Below are positions 21,001 through 30,271 of a stretch of DNA of 64,000 bases, piece after piece. The notes beneath the pieces are model-generated. The model saw only the letters and a list, made by a program, of their open reading frames with translations, ran no database searches and was not told where the DNA came from. Made by a program: the position numbers and the translations under genes. Where the stretch lies: IMG/VR virus record IMGVR_UViG_3300028048_000047, positions 32,001 through 96,000 of that record, one strand, 5' to 3'. This stretch comes from a virus (lineage: Duplodnaviria > Caudoviricetes). Positions within the stretch are counted from its first letter, which is position 1, and every line of letters starts with the position of its first letter.

Positions 21001-23486
21001 GAACATATAATAGGGGACAATTTACTCTTGAAAAAATAATATGTGATAATAGTACACATTCAACTTTAACTAATGGGAAATATTATATTCGTATTGGTAC
21101 AGTTTATGATTCAACTCATTTCCGTTTTGTTTCTGATATGAGTGTTTATCGTTGGGATAGTACCGCAGGGAACATGGTACCAGTAGGTTCAAGTTATACA
21201 GATTTAGCAAATAAACCATCTACTTTCACACCGTCTGCTCATAACCAAGCAAGTAGTACTATTACAGAAGCAAGTGCATTAGGTAATCTTGGTACAAGTG
21301 CTAATGCCACACAAGCAACAATCAATAGTAAAATAAATGAGAAAATTGGTACTTTATCAAGTATTAAAGCAATTGAAGTTGTAGCAAGTAAACCGACTGC
21401 AAGTGCAAGTACAATGAATAAGTTATACATTGTATCTGAAAATAGTAAAGTTAATGTATATTATACGAAACAGAGTGGTAGTACATATACATTAGAAAAG
21501 ATGGATGAAGATATACTTGATGAATTAAGCATCGCTTGGAATGATATTACTGGTAAACCTTCAAGTTTTACTCCTGCAAGTCATAGTCATGGTTCTTTGG
21601 CGAATGGGGGTACTTTAAATTCGGATATTACAAGTGTTAATAAAGTAGCAGTAACTGATTCAAGTAATAATCTGAAAACAATTAGTCAATTACCTTATAG
21701 TAAGATTAGTGGAACACCAACGATTCCTACTAAAACAAGTCAATTAACTAATGATAGTAATTTCACAACTGCAACTGGACATACTCATAAAAATCTTGTA
21801 AAAACAGAAATTACAAGTGGTAGTCTTGATACGGTTACAACAACTGGATGGTACTCATATAATACTACCAATAGTAATAGTATTACTAATGTTCCCGAAA
21901 AAGTTGGGAGTGTAATGGAAGTATTAGACGATTACGGAAATGGGTCATATGTAATCCAAAAAGTATATCCTATTCGTACAGATAAAAACCAAATAATATA
22001 TTACCGTGTAAAATTTGATACAAGTGGATGGTCATCTTGGAGAAGAATAGATGGTGGAGATAAAGCAAATAGTACACATAATCACCCTGATACTCAATTA
22101 AATTGGAATGGTTCTGCAATTGCAGGGGGAGTTTCACCAGTTGATATGGCAATGTATGAAGAGTTTAGTGCTAATAGACTTGCTTTTTTACCAGGAAATA
22201 ATATTACCATAGAATACTCTACAAATGGTGGTTCTACTTGGGCAGATTATGGTGCTACTGCAACACAAAAAATGAAACTCATTACAACAGAAGAAATATT
22301 TACTGGTGGTAAAGGGTCAACAACAGATTATTCAAAAAATCGATTAAGAATTACTATTAATGCAGGGGATATAACTTCCACAGTCGGTGCAAAAGTATAT
22401 TTAACCACAAGAAAATTAATGATATACTTCTGTGAATGTAATGCTTCAAATACAAAAGTATTAATTGAAAAAGCACCATATACTGCCGACACTACTTTTT
22501 CTACTGTGGGTACATATGATGTTAAAGGATGGACTGGTTGGAATAGTATACCTTTGAATATTACATTTGGGGGATATGCAAATCAAGGAAATGCAAATCA
22601 AGTTAAAAAACTTCGTTTAACTTTCACTTGTACTGGTGGTACTGGTAATTTTAGAGTTAACAAATTAAGATTATTTGGTGAAACACAATGGGCAGTACAA
22701 TCTAATCTTGCAAGAAATGGTCATTTATATAGTTATGATGAAAATCAGATAGCAACATTTCCTTCAAATATTGTGGCATCTAAATTTATTAAGAATGGTG
22801 TTAATAATACTAATCTTTTAACTGCGAATGGTGGTGATGTAGCACAATCAACATTTGCTACAAGTGGGCATACTCATAGTAATTATTTGACAAGTCATAA
22901 TCCAGTTGATACTGCTTTAAGCAGTACTTCTACTAATGCAGTACAGAATAAAGTGATTAATACTGCTTTGGGTAATAAAGTGGATAAAGTTAGTGGTAAA
23001 GGTTTATCAACAAATGATTTTACTGCAACATATAAAACTGCTTTGGATAATTTGAATACTACTATTGCTAATGCAGTAAGTAATCTTGAAATGATTGAAG
23101 TAGTTACAAGTTTACCTACAAGTAATATTAAAACTAATAAATTATATTTAAAAGCCAATAGTGTTAATGGTTCAGAAAATAAATATGATTTTTATGTTCG
23201 TGTGAATAATGCTTGGGAGAAGATTGATAGTCTTGATTTTAGCATAAGTGATTATATTAAAAAAGACAGTAATACTAATCTTTTATTATCTAATGGTACT
23301 ACAAAAGCACAATCAAGTTTCGCTACAAGTGGGCATACTCATGGTAGTATTGCTAATAATGGTACTCTTAATAGTGATGTTACAAGTACTAATATGAATA
23401 AATTAGTTGTTACTGATGGTTCAAACAATATCAAAACTGCAATTTGTACTTATACTAATGGTAAATTGAATTTTGGTAGTGGATGA
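18030..23486 (+). CDS. Long tail fibre/adhesin (1818 aa) with HxH repeats and pyocin-knob-like domains
   Basis: Many HTHG repeats; DLN.Y..GFY...QT...R...W..W knob motifs twice. Confidence 0.8.
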   Translation: MSNSINLKEFIERISYNKSQTYTKEEVLQELAKIQLLSIVDTLPTENIPSNKIFLVLNNEEIEGNKYDLFVYVNNKWEQIDSLEFNIEDYPTKNELEYELSLKADINHGHDNVTTSLDGFMSKEDKSKLNGIENQATRNLPSDDNPLMDGTASSGTGKDYSRKDHVHPTDTSRASSTHVHGNITNDGKIGSTANKPLITTTSGSVTTGNFETSTNNIKMDGTVNVGSSNNFARSDHVHPTDTSRASTDTATSSKNGLMSKEDKSKLDGVEDEANNYIHPSYTAKTNGLYKVTVDNTGHISGTNTVSGSDLPSHNHDTGDMKDTSAYGNIGSSANATQKTINNNINTKLGQKANSSDVYTKSQTMTSTEIGQAIADGVSNVEIFEVVTTLPTSNIKGNKFYLVPNGENIDGNVYDVNIYVNNKWETIDKLEFDISNYPTTTQVNSLLEGKVDKTDSRLTDSRTPKSHTHGNITNTGAIGSTSGKIVTTGTNGVLTTSDTITKSQISDFPSTMTPSSHTHGAVQNKGTLNSDTTSTNKVVVTDSSNNIKTISKLPLDKVTHQDISGKASNTHTHGSIANNGTLNSDTTTVGKVVVTDGSNNIKTISKLPSANVTHQDISGKAPNNHKSTATTYGVGDASNYGHVKVDSSMNATSTNPVQNKVVKDYIDEQVGDIVSGDVDLSNTHNHDDRYVGKTDSRLTDARTPKFNNIPSTSTSPADLNTYRTGGFYYCCCDANNAKYALNCPKSGNDNKSFFLLVETWGQGDNNSYVKQTLTYYDTNETYIRICSGNNWNKWKLVGDTTEYIVGTQTASTSAWTGKSNKIHSLSDGQIIYYKLPYASTSTAVTLNLTLADGTTTGAKEVWFWNGQRLTTHYGVNSVVGLIYNGSQWWVINPSSNGNNNNYYLLQGVTITNGDTTDFTGGNIVGAKKDGKYYKLVNGLVLDVSYPLVEANGTINANTTSNNIQLVNPFLSIANIGMTTGTITVNYPLYLEGTYNRGQFTLEKIICDNSTHSTLTNGKYYIRIGTVYDSTHFRFVSDMSVYRWDSTAGNMVPVGSSYTDLANKPSTFTPSAHNQASSTITEASALGNLGTSANATQATINSKINEKIGTLSSIKAIEVVASKPTASASTMNKLYIVSENSKVNVYYTKQSGSTYTLEKMDEDILDELSIAWNDITGKPSSFTPASHSHGSLANGGTLNSDITSVNKVAVTDSSNNLKTISQLPYSKISGTPTIPTKTSQLTNDSNFTTATGHTHKNLVKTEITSGSLDTVTTTGWYSYNTTNSNSITNVPEKVGSVMEVLDDYGNGSYVIQKVYPIRTDKNQIIYYRVKFDTSGWSSWRRIDGGDKANSTHNHPDTQLNWNGSAIAGGVSPVDMAMYEEFSANRLAFLPGNNITIEYSTNGGSTWADYGATATQKMKLITTEEIFTGGKGSTTDYSKNRLRITINAGDITSTVGAKVYLTTRKLMIYFCECNASNTKVLIEKAPYTADTTFSTVGTYDVKGWTGWNSIPLNITFGGYANQGNANQVKKLRLTFTCTGGTGNFRVNKLRLFGETQWAVQSNLARNGHLYSYDENQIATFPSNIVASKFIKNGVNNTNLLTANGGDVAQSTFATSGHTHSNYLTSHNPVDTALSSTSTNAVQNKVINTALGNKVDKVSGKGLSTNDFTATYKTALDNLNTTIANAVSNLEMIEVVTSLPTSNIKTNKLYLKANSVNGSENKYDFYVRVNNAWEKIDSLDFSISDYIKKDSNTNLLLSNGTTKAQSSFATSGHTHGSIANNGTLNSDVTSTNMNKLVVTDGSNNIKTAICTYTNGKLNFGSG

Positions 23487-23490
23487 TTAG

Positions 23491-23673
23491 ATGGAAATAG
23501 ATAATCGAACAATATTAATAATAGGTTTAATTATTATTGCTATTATTGGGATGATATTGGATGTTAAGGAATTACCTTTGGCAGTTAGTAGTGGATTGGT
23601 TGGATATTTATCTAAGGATAGTAATGTGGAAATTAACAATCATAATACTAATAATAGTGATAATGATGATTAA
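23491..23673 (+). CDS. Small membrane protein (two hydrophobic segments)
   Basis: ILIIGLIIIAIIGMIL...LAVSSGLVGYL. Confidence 0.55.
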   Translation: MEIDNRTILIIGLIIIAIIGMILDVKELPLAVSSGLVGYLSKDSNVEINNHNTNNSDNDD

Positions 23674-23690
23674 ATTATTTTTTTATTCCT

Positions 23691-23714
23691 TTTTTGGTAA
23701 GAGTGTATAATGAA
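23691..23714 (+). promoter_or_regulatory. 24-bp motif TTTTTGGTAAGAGTGTATAATGAA, copy 1
   Basis: Identical to 38741-38764; intergenic. Confidence 0.6.
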
Positions 23715-23773
23715 AAAAAGGATTTTTTTTGATGATGGTTGTGATAGTTTAATTTTGTGGTGGTTGTTTAGGT

Positions 23774-25195
23774 ATGGTTAGTTTAAGTGATTTGTTGGAG
23801 AATTTAAAGGGTTTGTTGGATAAGTTTTATATTCGTAAGAATTTGAATCATAAGAGTAGTGATAGTGAGAAGTATCCTGTTAATGGGGTTGTAGTTACGA
23901 ATAGTAATCGTGAGATTAGTGTTGTCCAGTCTTTATCTGCGAATAGTACTATGATTAGTGGTTTGTCGAGTGTTGCTACGAGTGGTAGTTATAATAGTTT
24001 GTCTGATAAACCAACAAAGTTGAGTGATTTTAGTAGTGTTGGTTTTACAATGAGTTATTCTGATATTACTGGTAAACCATCTAAATTATCTGAGTTTACT
24101 AATGATATTACTATTAATTGGGATAAGGTTAATAATAAACCTACTAAATTATCTGAGTTTACTAATGATATTACTATTAGTTGGGATAAGGTTAATAATC
24201 GTCCTACTAAATTAACTGATTTTAGTAGTAATGGTTTTACTATGAATTATACGAGTATTAATAATCGTCCTACTAAATTAACTGATTTTAGTAGTAATGG
24301 TTTTACTATGGGTGGTATTAATAGTGATGGTACAATTAATTCTGATAGTAATTCTGTGAATAAAGTGGTTGTTACTGATGGGTCTAATAATATTAAAACT
24401 ATAAGTAAATTACCTTTGGATAATGTGACTCATCAAGATATATCTGGTAAAGAGGATAAATCGAATAAAGTATTAATTATAACTGAAAATTCTTCTGATG
24501 ATGAGTATCCGAGTGCAAAAGCAGTTTATTATGGTTCAAGGAATGAATTATGTTATTATAATGGAGTATGTGAGTATACTGGTGGTTTTAATAATAAAAA
24601 AATAGGAGTATATCCTATTTTAGAAAAGTACCCATATTTACCTTCTGATTGTAATTATACATTTAGTTATGATGGTAGTGTGTATGTTTTGAATTTGTTA
24701 TCAAATACTGATGAATTAGGTGTGAAGTATTACTTACCGATTGTTGTACCTTTTAATTCAAAATTTATTAAAGTTAGTGTGGATGTTAAAACAATTCATT
24801 TTGGTAATGATGATTTCGGTATAAGATTACATGATTCTGCGAGTGGTAATGATTTACATACTATGGGGTCTTGGATTATTACTGGTCAGAACAGATTGGC
24901 TCATGGTTATGGGGGTGTTGAATCCCATAAGGTAATGTATTCTGATACAGGAATTATGAGTAGTAATGCACCATCTAATAATATGTGGTTACATTATGAA
25001 TTAACAATAACAAGTAATAAAATGAAAGTTTTACTTAAAAGTGATGATAAAATTTATACAAATAATGAATATACAAGGACTGATGGTTATAATTTAAGTG
25101 GAAATTGGATTTTATATATAGGTGGAGGTAAATTTACAGCAGGTGAAAATAATAAAACAGTTTATATAAAAAATTTACAGATAAACCCATTATAA
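23774..25195 (+). CDS. Tail fibre protein with tandem 21-22-aa repeats and C-terminal lectin-like beta domain
   Basis: KPTKLS(E/D)F repeats; shared NKVVVTDGSNNIKTISKLP module. Confidence 0.7.
   Translation: MVSLSDLLENLKGLLDKFYIRKNLNHKSSDSEKYPVNGVVVTNSNREISVVQSLSANSTMISGLSSVATSGSYNSLSDKPTKLSDFSSVGFTMSYSDITGKPSKLSEFTNDITINWDKVNNKPTKLSEFTNDITISWDKVNNRPTKLTDFSSNGFTMNYTSINNRPTKLTDFSSNGFTMGGINSDGTINSDSNSVNKVVVTDGSNNIKTISKLPLDNVTHQDISGKEDKSNKVLIITENSSDDEYPSAKAVYYGSRNELCYYNGVCEYTGGFNNKKIGVYPILEKYPYLPSDCNYTFSYDGSVYVLNLLSNTDELGVKYYLPIVVPFNSKFIKVSVDVKTIHFGNDDFGIRLHDSASGNDLHTMGSWIITGQNRLAHGYGGVESHKVMYSDTGIMSSNAPSNNMWLHYELTITSNKMKVLLKSDDKIYTNNEYTRTDGYNLSGNWILYIGGGKFTAGENNKTVYIKNLQINPL
24081..24310 (+). 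repeat. Tandem coding repeats with 63-bp and 66-bp periods
   Basis: CTAAATTATCTGAGTTTACTAATGATATTACTATTA x2; AATAATCGTCCTACTAAATTAACTGATTTTAGTAGTAATGGTTTTACTATG x2. Confidence 0.85.
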
Positions 25196-25209
25196 AAAAA
25201 GAAAGATTT

Positions 25210-25515
25210 TTGGGAGTGATTAATGTTATGGTTAATGTTATAGAATTATTAGTTAATTTAAAAGAGTTTGCATTACAATATCTTATACTTACAACAGAAG
25301 ATAAACTTTTATTTAAAGACCTTTTGAAATATGTGTACTATACGAATGGTGTGGTGGGTTTAGATTATAAGAATGTACATACATATCAAACAAATTACAC
25401 ACAAGGAAAGGTTGGTGTAGATAATGATAAACATATATTTTATATTAATGGAGGATTAATTGCAGATGATGATACTGGTGTGAGTATAACTGGAAGTAAA
25501 TTAACAATACCTTAA
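25210..25515 (+). CDS. Short fibre-like/virion protein
   Basis: ORF in fibre cluster. Confidence 0.5.
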   Translation: MGVINVMVNVIELLVNLKEFALQYLILTTEDKLLFKDLLKYVYYTNGVVGLDYKNVHTYQTNYTQGKVGVDNDKHIFYINGGLIADDDTGVSITGSKLTIP

Positions 25516-25561
25516 ATAAAAAAATTTAAAAATAAAATATGATTTGGAGAGGTTATTCTAA

Positions 25562-25720
25562 ATGGAAAATATGAACTTAAAAACATTAATACATAACTGG
25601 TTTGATTATAAAAGTGAAGATGAAGTTAATCGTCCAAAAAAAATAGAAATGTGGGTTAAGACCTATAAGAATGGGGAATGGAAAGTAACTGGAATTAAAA
25701 AAAAGGAAGATTGTAAATGA
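25562..25720 (+). CDS. 52-aa protein with fibre-type N-terminal motif, not in ORF track
   Basis: GAGG RBS; MENMNLKTLIHNWFDYKSEDE...; ATGA overlap with the next gene. Confidence 0.55.
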   Translation: MENMNLKTLIHNWFDYKSEDEVNRPKKIEMWVKTYKNGEWKVTGIKKKEDCK

Positions 25721-26427
25721 CTTTATTTATAAATATAATTGAAAAATTAAAACCATATTTCACTTTAAGAAGTGAAAAAGAAGATGTGTGGAGTGGTTAT
25801 TTATGTGAAGATACAAAGTATGTTAATGGAGGGGTTTATTTTCATTCAGAAACACCAACTTATCATAAACAAAAATATGATAGTGATGTATGGAATGGTG
25901 GTGGAGATTCCGAAGTAACTTGCACATTATTAGTGGATGGGGATAATGTTGTTAATAATCAAATGAAAATAATGGAAGTATTATTAGATAATCAACAGAT
26001 TAATGTAAGATATAGTATAATAGAAAATGGTGTGACCTTAACATTTAATGATGATGTTGATGGTTTAATACAAGTAAGTATACCCTCATTAAATGAAAGA
26101 CAGCATCATTATCAAGGATTAATTTTTAAAAGAAGAGTTAAAAAACAATCTTTACAGTTATCAGGACAGTTTAATCGTACTGAAACAAGTTTATCATTTC
26201 ATTTGGAATTAACTAATCCTTGTAATGGACAAATGGTAAGATGTACTACATTATATCGTAATGGTACAACTAATAAGAAAAAAGATGTGATTTTGAGTAA
26301 TGGTCAAACAAATGTTGATATTACAATGGATAAAGGAACACAAGATGTGGGATTAAGAATAGAATTAAGACCAATTTTAAAAGATGAAATAATGTATATG
26401 GGCAAATCTATATCATTATATTGGTAA
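25717..26427 (+). CDS. Putative virion/adhesin protein (beta-rich)
   Basis: ORF in fibre cluster. Confidence 0.45.
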   Translation: MTLFINIIEKLKPYFTLRSEKEDVWSGYLCEDTKYVNGGVYFHSETPTYHKQKYDSDVWNGGGDSEVTCTLLVDGDNVVNNQMKIMEVLLDNQQINVRYSIIENGVTLTFNDDVDGLIQVSIPSLNERQHHYQGLIFKRRVKKQSLQLSGQFNRTETSLSFHLELTNPCNGQMVRCTTLYRNGTTNKKKDVILSNGQTNVDITMDKGTQDVGLRIELRPILKDEIMYMGKSISLYW

Positions 26428-26438
26428 AAAAAGAATAA

Positions 26439-27089
26439 ATGAGGATAAAAAATATGATAATAAGTGATTTATATCAAACAAATATAACTTGCAGTACTTA
26501 TAATACTACAATTGATAGTGGTAATGGAAGTACAACAATAACAGTAACAGTTAAATTAGAAGATTTTAATAAAAATGCAGTATCAGGTAAATCAGTAACT
26601 TTAACTGTGGATAAAGGATATTTTAAAAGTGTAACTGGAACAAGCACTACTAATTACAGTAACACAACTACAAAAAGTGTATCTGCAACAACTAAAAGTG
26701 ATGGAACAATAACCACAGTATATGTACCATCAGAATGGGGTTTAGCAACTTTTTCTGCTAATAATACAAAAATTCAAATTAAAAGTTCAGGATGGAAATC
26801 AGTAGCAACTGGTGCAAATTATGCTACACTTTATGTTAATGAAGAAATGAGATTATGTTATCTTAAAATATACTACGAGAATTATACAGTAAAATCAAGT
26901 CATGGATATAATCAATGGGGTACAAAAATAATTCCTGATGCATATAGTGCTCAGGGAATTGAAGGAATATGTGCTTATAGTACATCTATTGTTGTAGAAT
27001 CTTCTGGACATATTGGGATTAGAGATTGGGGAATTGCGGGAAATAATTTTTCTACTAATCTTAATGCTGTTTTTGTATGGAAATATTAA
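26439..27089 (+). CDS. Ig-like (Big_1-like) domain plus C-terminal receptor-binding-like domain
   Basis: TITVTVKL.D...VSGKSVTL; C-terminus resembles that of 12930-13991. Confidence 0.55.
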   Translation: MRIKNMIISDLYQTNITCSTYNTTIDSGNGSTTITVTVKLEDFNKNAVSGKSVTLTVDKGYFKSVTGTSTTNYSNTTTKSVSATTKSDGTITTVYVPSEWGLATFSANNTKIQIKSSGWKSVATGANYATLYVNEEMRLCYLKIYYENYTVKSSHGYNQWGTKIIPDAYSAQGIEGICAYSTSIVVESSGHIGIRDWGIAGNNFSTNLNAVFVWKY

Positions 27090-27142
27090 AATAAAAAAAA
27101 TTTTTTATTAAATAAACTTATGTTAAAAGGAGATGATTAAAT

Positions 27143-28921
27143 ATGGTTAAGAGATTTGGTTATTGGGTTTTCGGTAAAGATATGAATAATGTTAAACTGG
27201 AAACATTACAGAAAAATGGTGTAACAGACATATTCTTAAACTACTATGCTTTTACTGCACATGGTAAAAGTAAAGTAGTGGCATGGATTAAAAAAGCAAA
27301 AAAGTATGGTATTAAAACTCATATATGGGTTCAATGTTTCTTCAATGGGGATTGGGTTAATCCAGTTAATATGGATTTAAATAAGAAACGGAAAGAAATT
27401 AAAGGATATGCTAATACTGAGGGAGTGTATGGTATACATTTAGATTATTTAAGGTATCCTGGTAATGCTTATAAGACAAGTAATGGTACTGCTACTATTA
27501 CTAAATTTGTACAGAATGTAAGGAAAGACAATCCAAAGGTCTTGTTGACTTGTGCAGTTATGCCTGAGGAAGACTGTAAAAAGTATTATGGTCAAGATAT
27601 TAGTGCATTAGCGAAAACAGTTGACCGTATAATCCCAATGCAGTACAAAGGTAATTATGAAGCAGGAACATCATGGTTGAAATCAACTACAAAATATTTT
27701 AGTGGTAAGGCGAAGATTTGGAGTGGTTTACAATCTTATAAATCTGATGATGATACTACTGTCTTATCAAGTAAAGAATTGTTAAGTGATGTTAAGACTT
27801 GTTTTAATAATGGTGCAAGAGGTGTTGTATTGTTCCGTTATGGTCTTGCTCCATCATTGAATTTAAAATCATATACTACTGAGAAGAAAACAACAACTAC
27901 TGCTAAATCAAGTACATCTACAACTTCCACTACAAAGAAAACAAATACAACAACCACTACTGCCTCTACTACAAAGAAAACAACAACTGTCGCTTCTATA
28001 AGTTATAAAACAATTGTCAGTAAAGCGAAAGTGATTGTGGAAAATGCAGAAAAGAACCATAAAAGTGTAGGTAAGAAATGGTCTTATTATATTGCAAAAG
28101 CAATACAAAATCCTAATAAAAGTATTAAAAAAGTAACATTTGATTACGCTTCAAAACCAATGGGTGATACATTTAATAATGTTAAAATTAGTAAAACCGA
28201 TTATATCGCATGTGCTAAACAATTAACTACTTTTGTGGAAAAAAAGAAACGATTAAGAAACTATTTGGACTTTGGTAAAAAACAAATAATAGTCAGGGAT
28301 TATACTTATACTCTTGCAAGAATATTAATTTATTATGATACAAATAAGAAATTACCAAGTAGTTCAAAAGTTAATACTGGTGTGTGGAAGAAACCTGAAC
28401 CACTTCACGATTATTTGACAAGTGAGGGTTGTAGTGGTATGGGTCAATGTAATGGTTATTATTGTGCTTGTAATAGTTTACAACAAATGTTTTATCGTTT
28501 AACTGGTATAAAAGTATCTGAATCAACAATTGCAGGTTGGGCAGGCACTACAAGTTCAGGCACAGACCATCCAGGAATTAATACGGCTGTTACTCAATTT
28601 AATAGGAAATATAATAAGAATGTTGTTATTGAATGGTATAATTTTAGTGATTTAGGAAGTAATGAAAGTGCAAGATGGACTAAAATAAGTAATTTCATTA
28701 AAAAAGGCGCAGTTTTCTTCCATTTGTTATACAGGAATCAATGGGGGCATTATGAGCCAATTAAAAGCGTTGGAGATTATTTAAAGATTTTAAACAGTCT
28801 TGGAGATAGTTGTGGTGATGGAACATACTGTGGTTACATTGAATCCCGTAGTAAAGGAGAACAAATAGACTACATTAATGGAATAAGTCAAAAGTCAGTC
28901 GCATTTTTATATAACAAATAA
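27143..28921 (+). CDS. Endolysin: glycoside-hydrolase-like TIM barrel + Thr/Lys linker + pseudomurein-binding repeats + C39-like peptidase
   Basis: GIHLDYLRYP; ARILIYY..NKKLP and AKQL..FVEK..RL.NY repeats; Q.NGYYCAC / GHYE / LNS catalytic pattern. Confidence 0.8.
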   Translation: MVKRFGYWVFGKDMNNVKLETLQKNGVTDIFLNYYAFTAHGKSKVVAWIKKAKKYGIKTHIWVQCFFNGDWVNPVNMDLNKKRKEIKGYANTEGVYGIHLDYLRYPGNAYKTSNGTATITKFVQNVRKDNPKVLLTCAVMPEEDCKKYYGQDISALAKTVDRIIPMQYKGNYEAGTSWLKSTTKYFSGKAKIWSGLQSYKSDDDTTVLSSKELLSDVKTCFNNGARGVVLFRYGLAPSLNLKSYTTEKKTTTTAKSSTSTTSTTKKTNTTTTTASTTKKTTTVASISYKTIVSKAKVIVENAEKNHKSVGKKWSYYIAKAIQNPNKSIKKVTFDYASKPMGDTFNNVKISKTDYIACAKQLTTFVEKKKRLRNYLDFGKKQIIVRDYTYTLARILIYYDTNKKLPSSSKVNTGVWKKPEPLHDYLTSEGCSGMGQCNGYYCACNSLQQMFYRLTGIKVSESTIAGWAGTTSSGTDHPGINTAVTQFNRKYNKNVVIEWYNFSDLGSNESARWTKISNFIKKGAVFFHLLYRNQWGHYEPIKSVGDYLKILNSLGDSCGDGTYCGYIESRSKGEQIDYINGISQKSVAFLYNK

Positions 28922-28941
28922 AAAAAAGGAGGTTATCCAAA

Positions 28942-29160
28942 ATGGGTTTTTTAGATAAAATAAAAAGTTTATTCAAATCTAAAAAAGAAATCGTAAACAA
29001 AGAAACATTAAGAAAAGAACAAGAAATTATCGATGAACTATATGAAAAAGATGGTTTAACTGATGAAGTATTAGACAAACAAGTCGCTTTAAACATGAAA
29101 AGGAATAAATATGACATTCCTGATGAAAAGAATTTAAACAAAGATGGATGGAGTCAATAA
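28942..29160 (+). CDS. Hypothetical protein
   Basis: GGAGG RBS; 72 aa. Confidence 0.6.
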   Translation: MGFLDKIKSLFKSKKEIVNKETLRKEQEIIDELYEKDGLTDEVLDKQVALNMKRNKYDIPDEKNLNKDGWSQ

Positions 29161-29214
29161 TATTAACTATTATTGATTTTATTCTTTATCTTTTTTTTAT
29201 GGGGGATATTTATA

Positions 29215-29950
29215 ATGTTATTTAAAAGATTTACAGAAATTATATTATGTGTACTAATTATAATCATAGGACTTGAATTTATAAATTTAATTTTAAATTG
29301 GAACATTAGTTTTTATTTAATTATAGGGTTCTGTTTAGTTATTGTTTTTGGTTTAGGTGCAGGATTTTGCAGATATAAAATTAGTGACACCTTATGTGAA
29401 AAATAATATTGTTTAAGGATTTGGTTTTTTATGGATATTGATTTTAATGAATTTTTAAGGATAATGTCATGTATTTTGATTGTTTTATTGGTTTTTCAAG
29501 GTCTTGATTATATAGTTGGATTTGGTATAAATAATTATTTATTTATTTTATTCTGTATTGCTTTTGCTTTTACAATGGGTAGTATTTATCATAATATTAT
29601 TATTGCTCGGAATAGAAAGGAGCGTAGAAAGTTTGAAAAAGATATTCGTGGTGTTTTAGAGAATATTCGTAAGGACGGTTTAACCGATGACAATATTGAT
29701 GAATTGGAATTAATTCTTGCAGATACTGTGAAAGGTGATGAAGAGGAGGTTATTGATGAAAATTAATTATGAGTTGTTCTGTAAAATTATGCTTGTTCTT
29801 CTTATTATTGTTTTTATTGCAGAAGGTTTAAATTGGATTTTTAAGTGTAATTTTAATCATCATTTGTTTCATATATTTTGGGTGTTGTTCAGTTTTAATA
29901 TGGGTATTTATATTGGTAAAAGGTGTGTTAATTATGAAGAAGATAATTAG
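29215..29950 (+). CDS. Three tandem paralogous 2-TM proteins (29215-29406, 29431-29766, 29756-29950); holin candidates
   Basis: Shared F..I...L....GL..I......L.......F.(L/M)G pattern; directly after the endolysin. Confidence 0.55.
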
Positions 29951-30085
29951 AGATTTTCATTCATGGAAGTTGGAATCTGATGATGAATTACTTGATGAAT
30001 GTGGAAAATTCGGTTTATCAGAAGATTTGTTGAAGAAGAATATTATGTTAAATTCAAAGTATTAATTAAAATTTTATGTTTAGTG

Positions 30086-30101
30086 GAAAAGTATATATAC
30101 T
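30086..30101 (+). promoter_or_regulatory. Archaeal BRE/TATA promoter
   Basis: GAAAAGTATATATACT. Confidence 0.55.
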
Positions 30102-30120
30102 ATGATGATTATAATTACTT

Positions 30121-30271
30121 ATTGTAGTTCTACTATTTTCTTTTTTAGATAGAATGAAATCATTTAAATAACTCCATAAATGAAGGGGATGATGGAAAAA
30201 TCTTTGATATTCCTCATTCACTTCTATTTTTCAAATAAAGGTTTCTTTTTATGTTATACCTTTCTTTTTTT
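30121..30271 (+). ncRNA. Candidate small RNA A
   Basis: Follows a TATA box; no + ORF; stems 30182-30224 and 30237-30263 plus T-run. Confidence 0.45.

Noticed and set aside
24081-24310. Regularly spaced ~36-50-bp repeats as a CRISPR array
   Set aside because: Periods are multiples of 3 and encode fibre repeats; the intervening sequence is also repeated.
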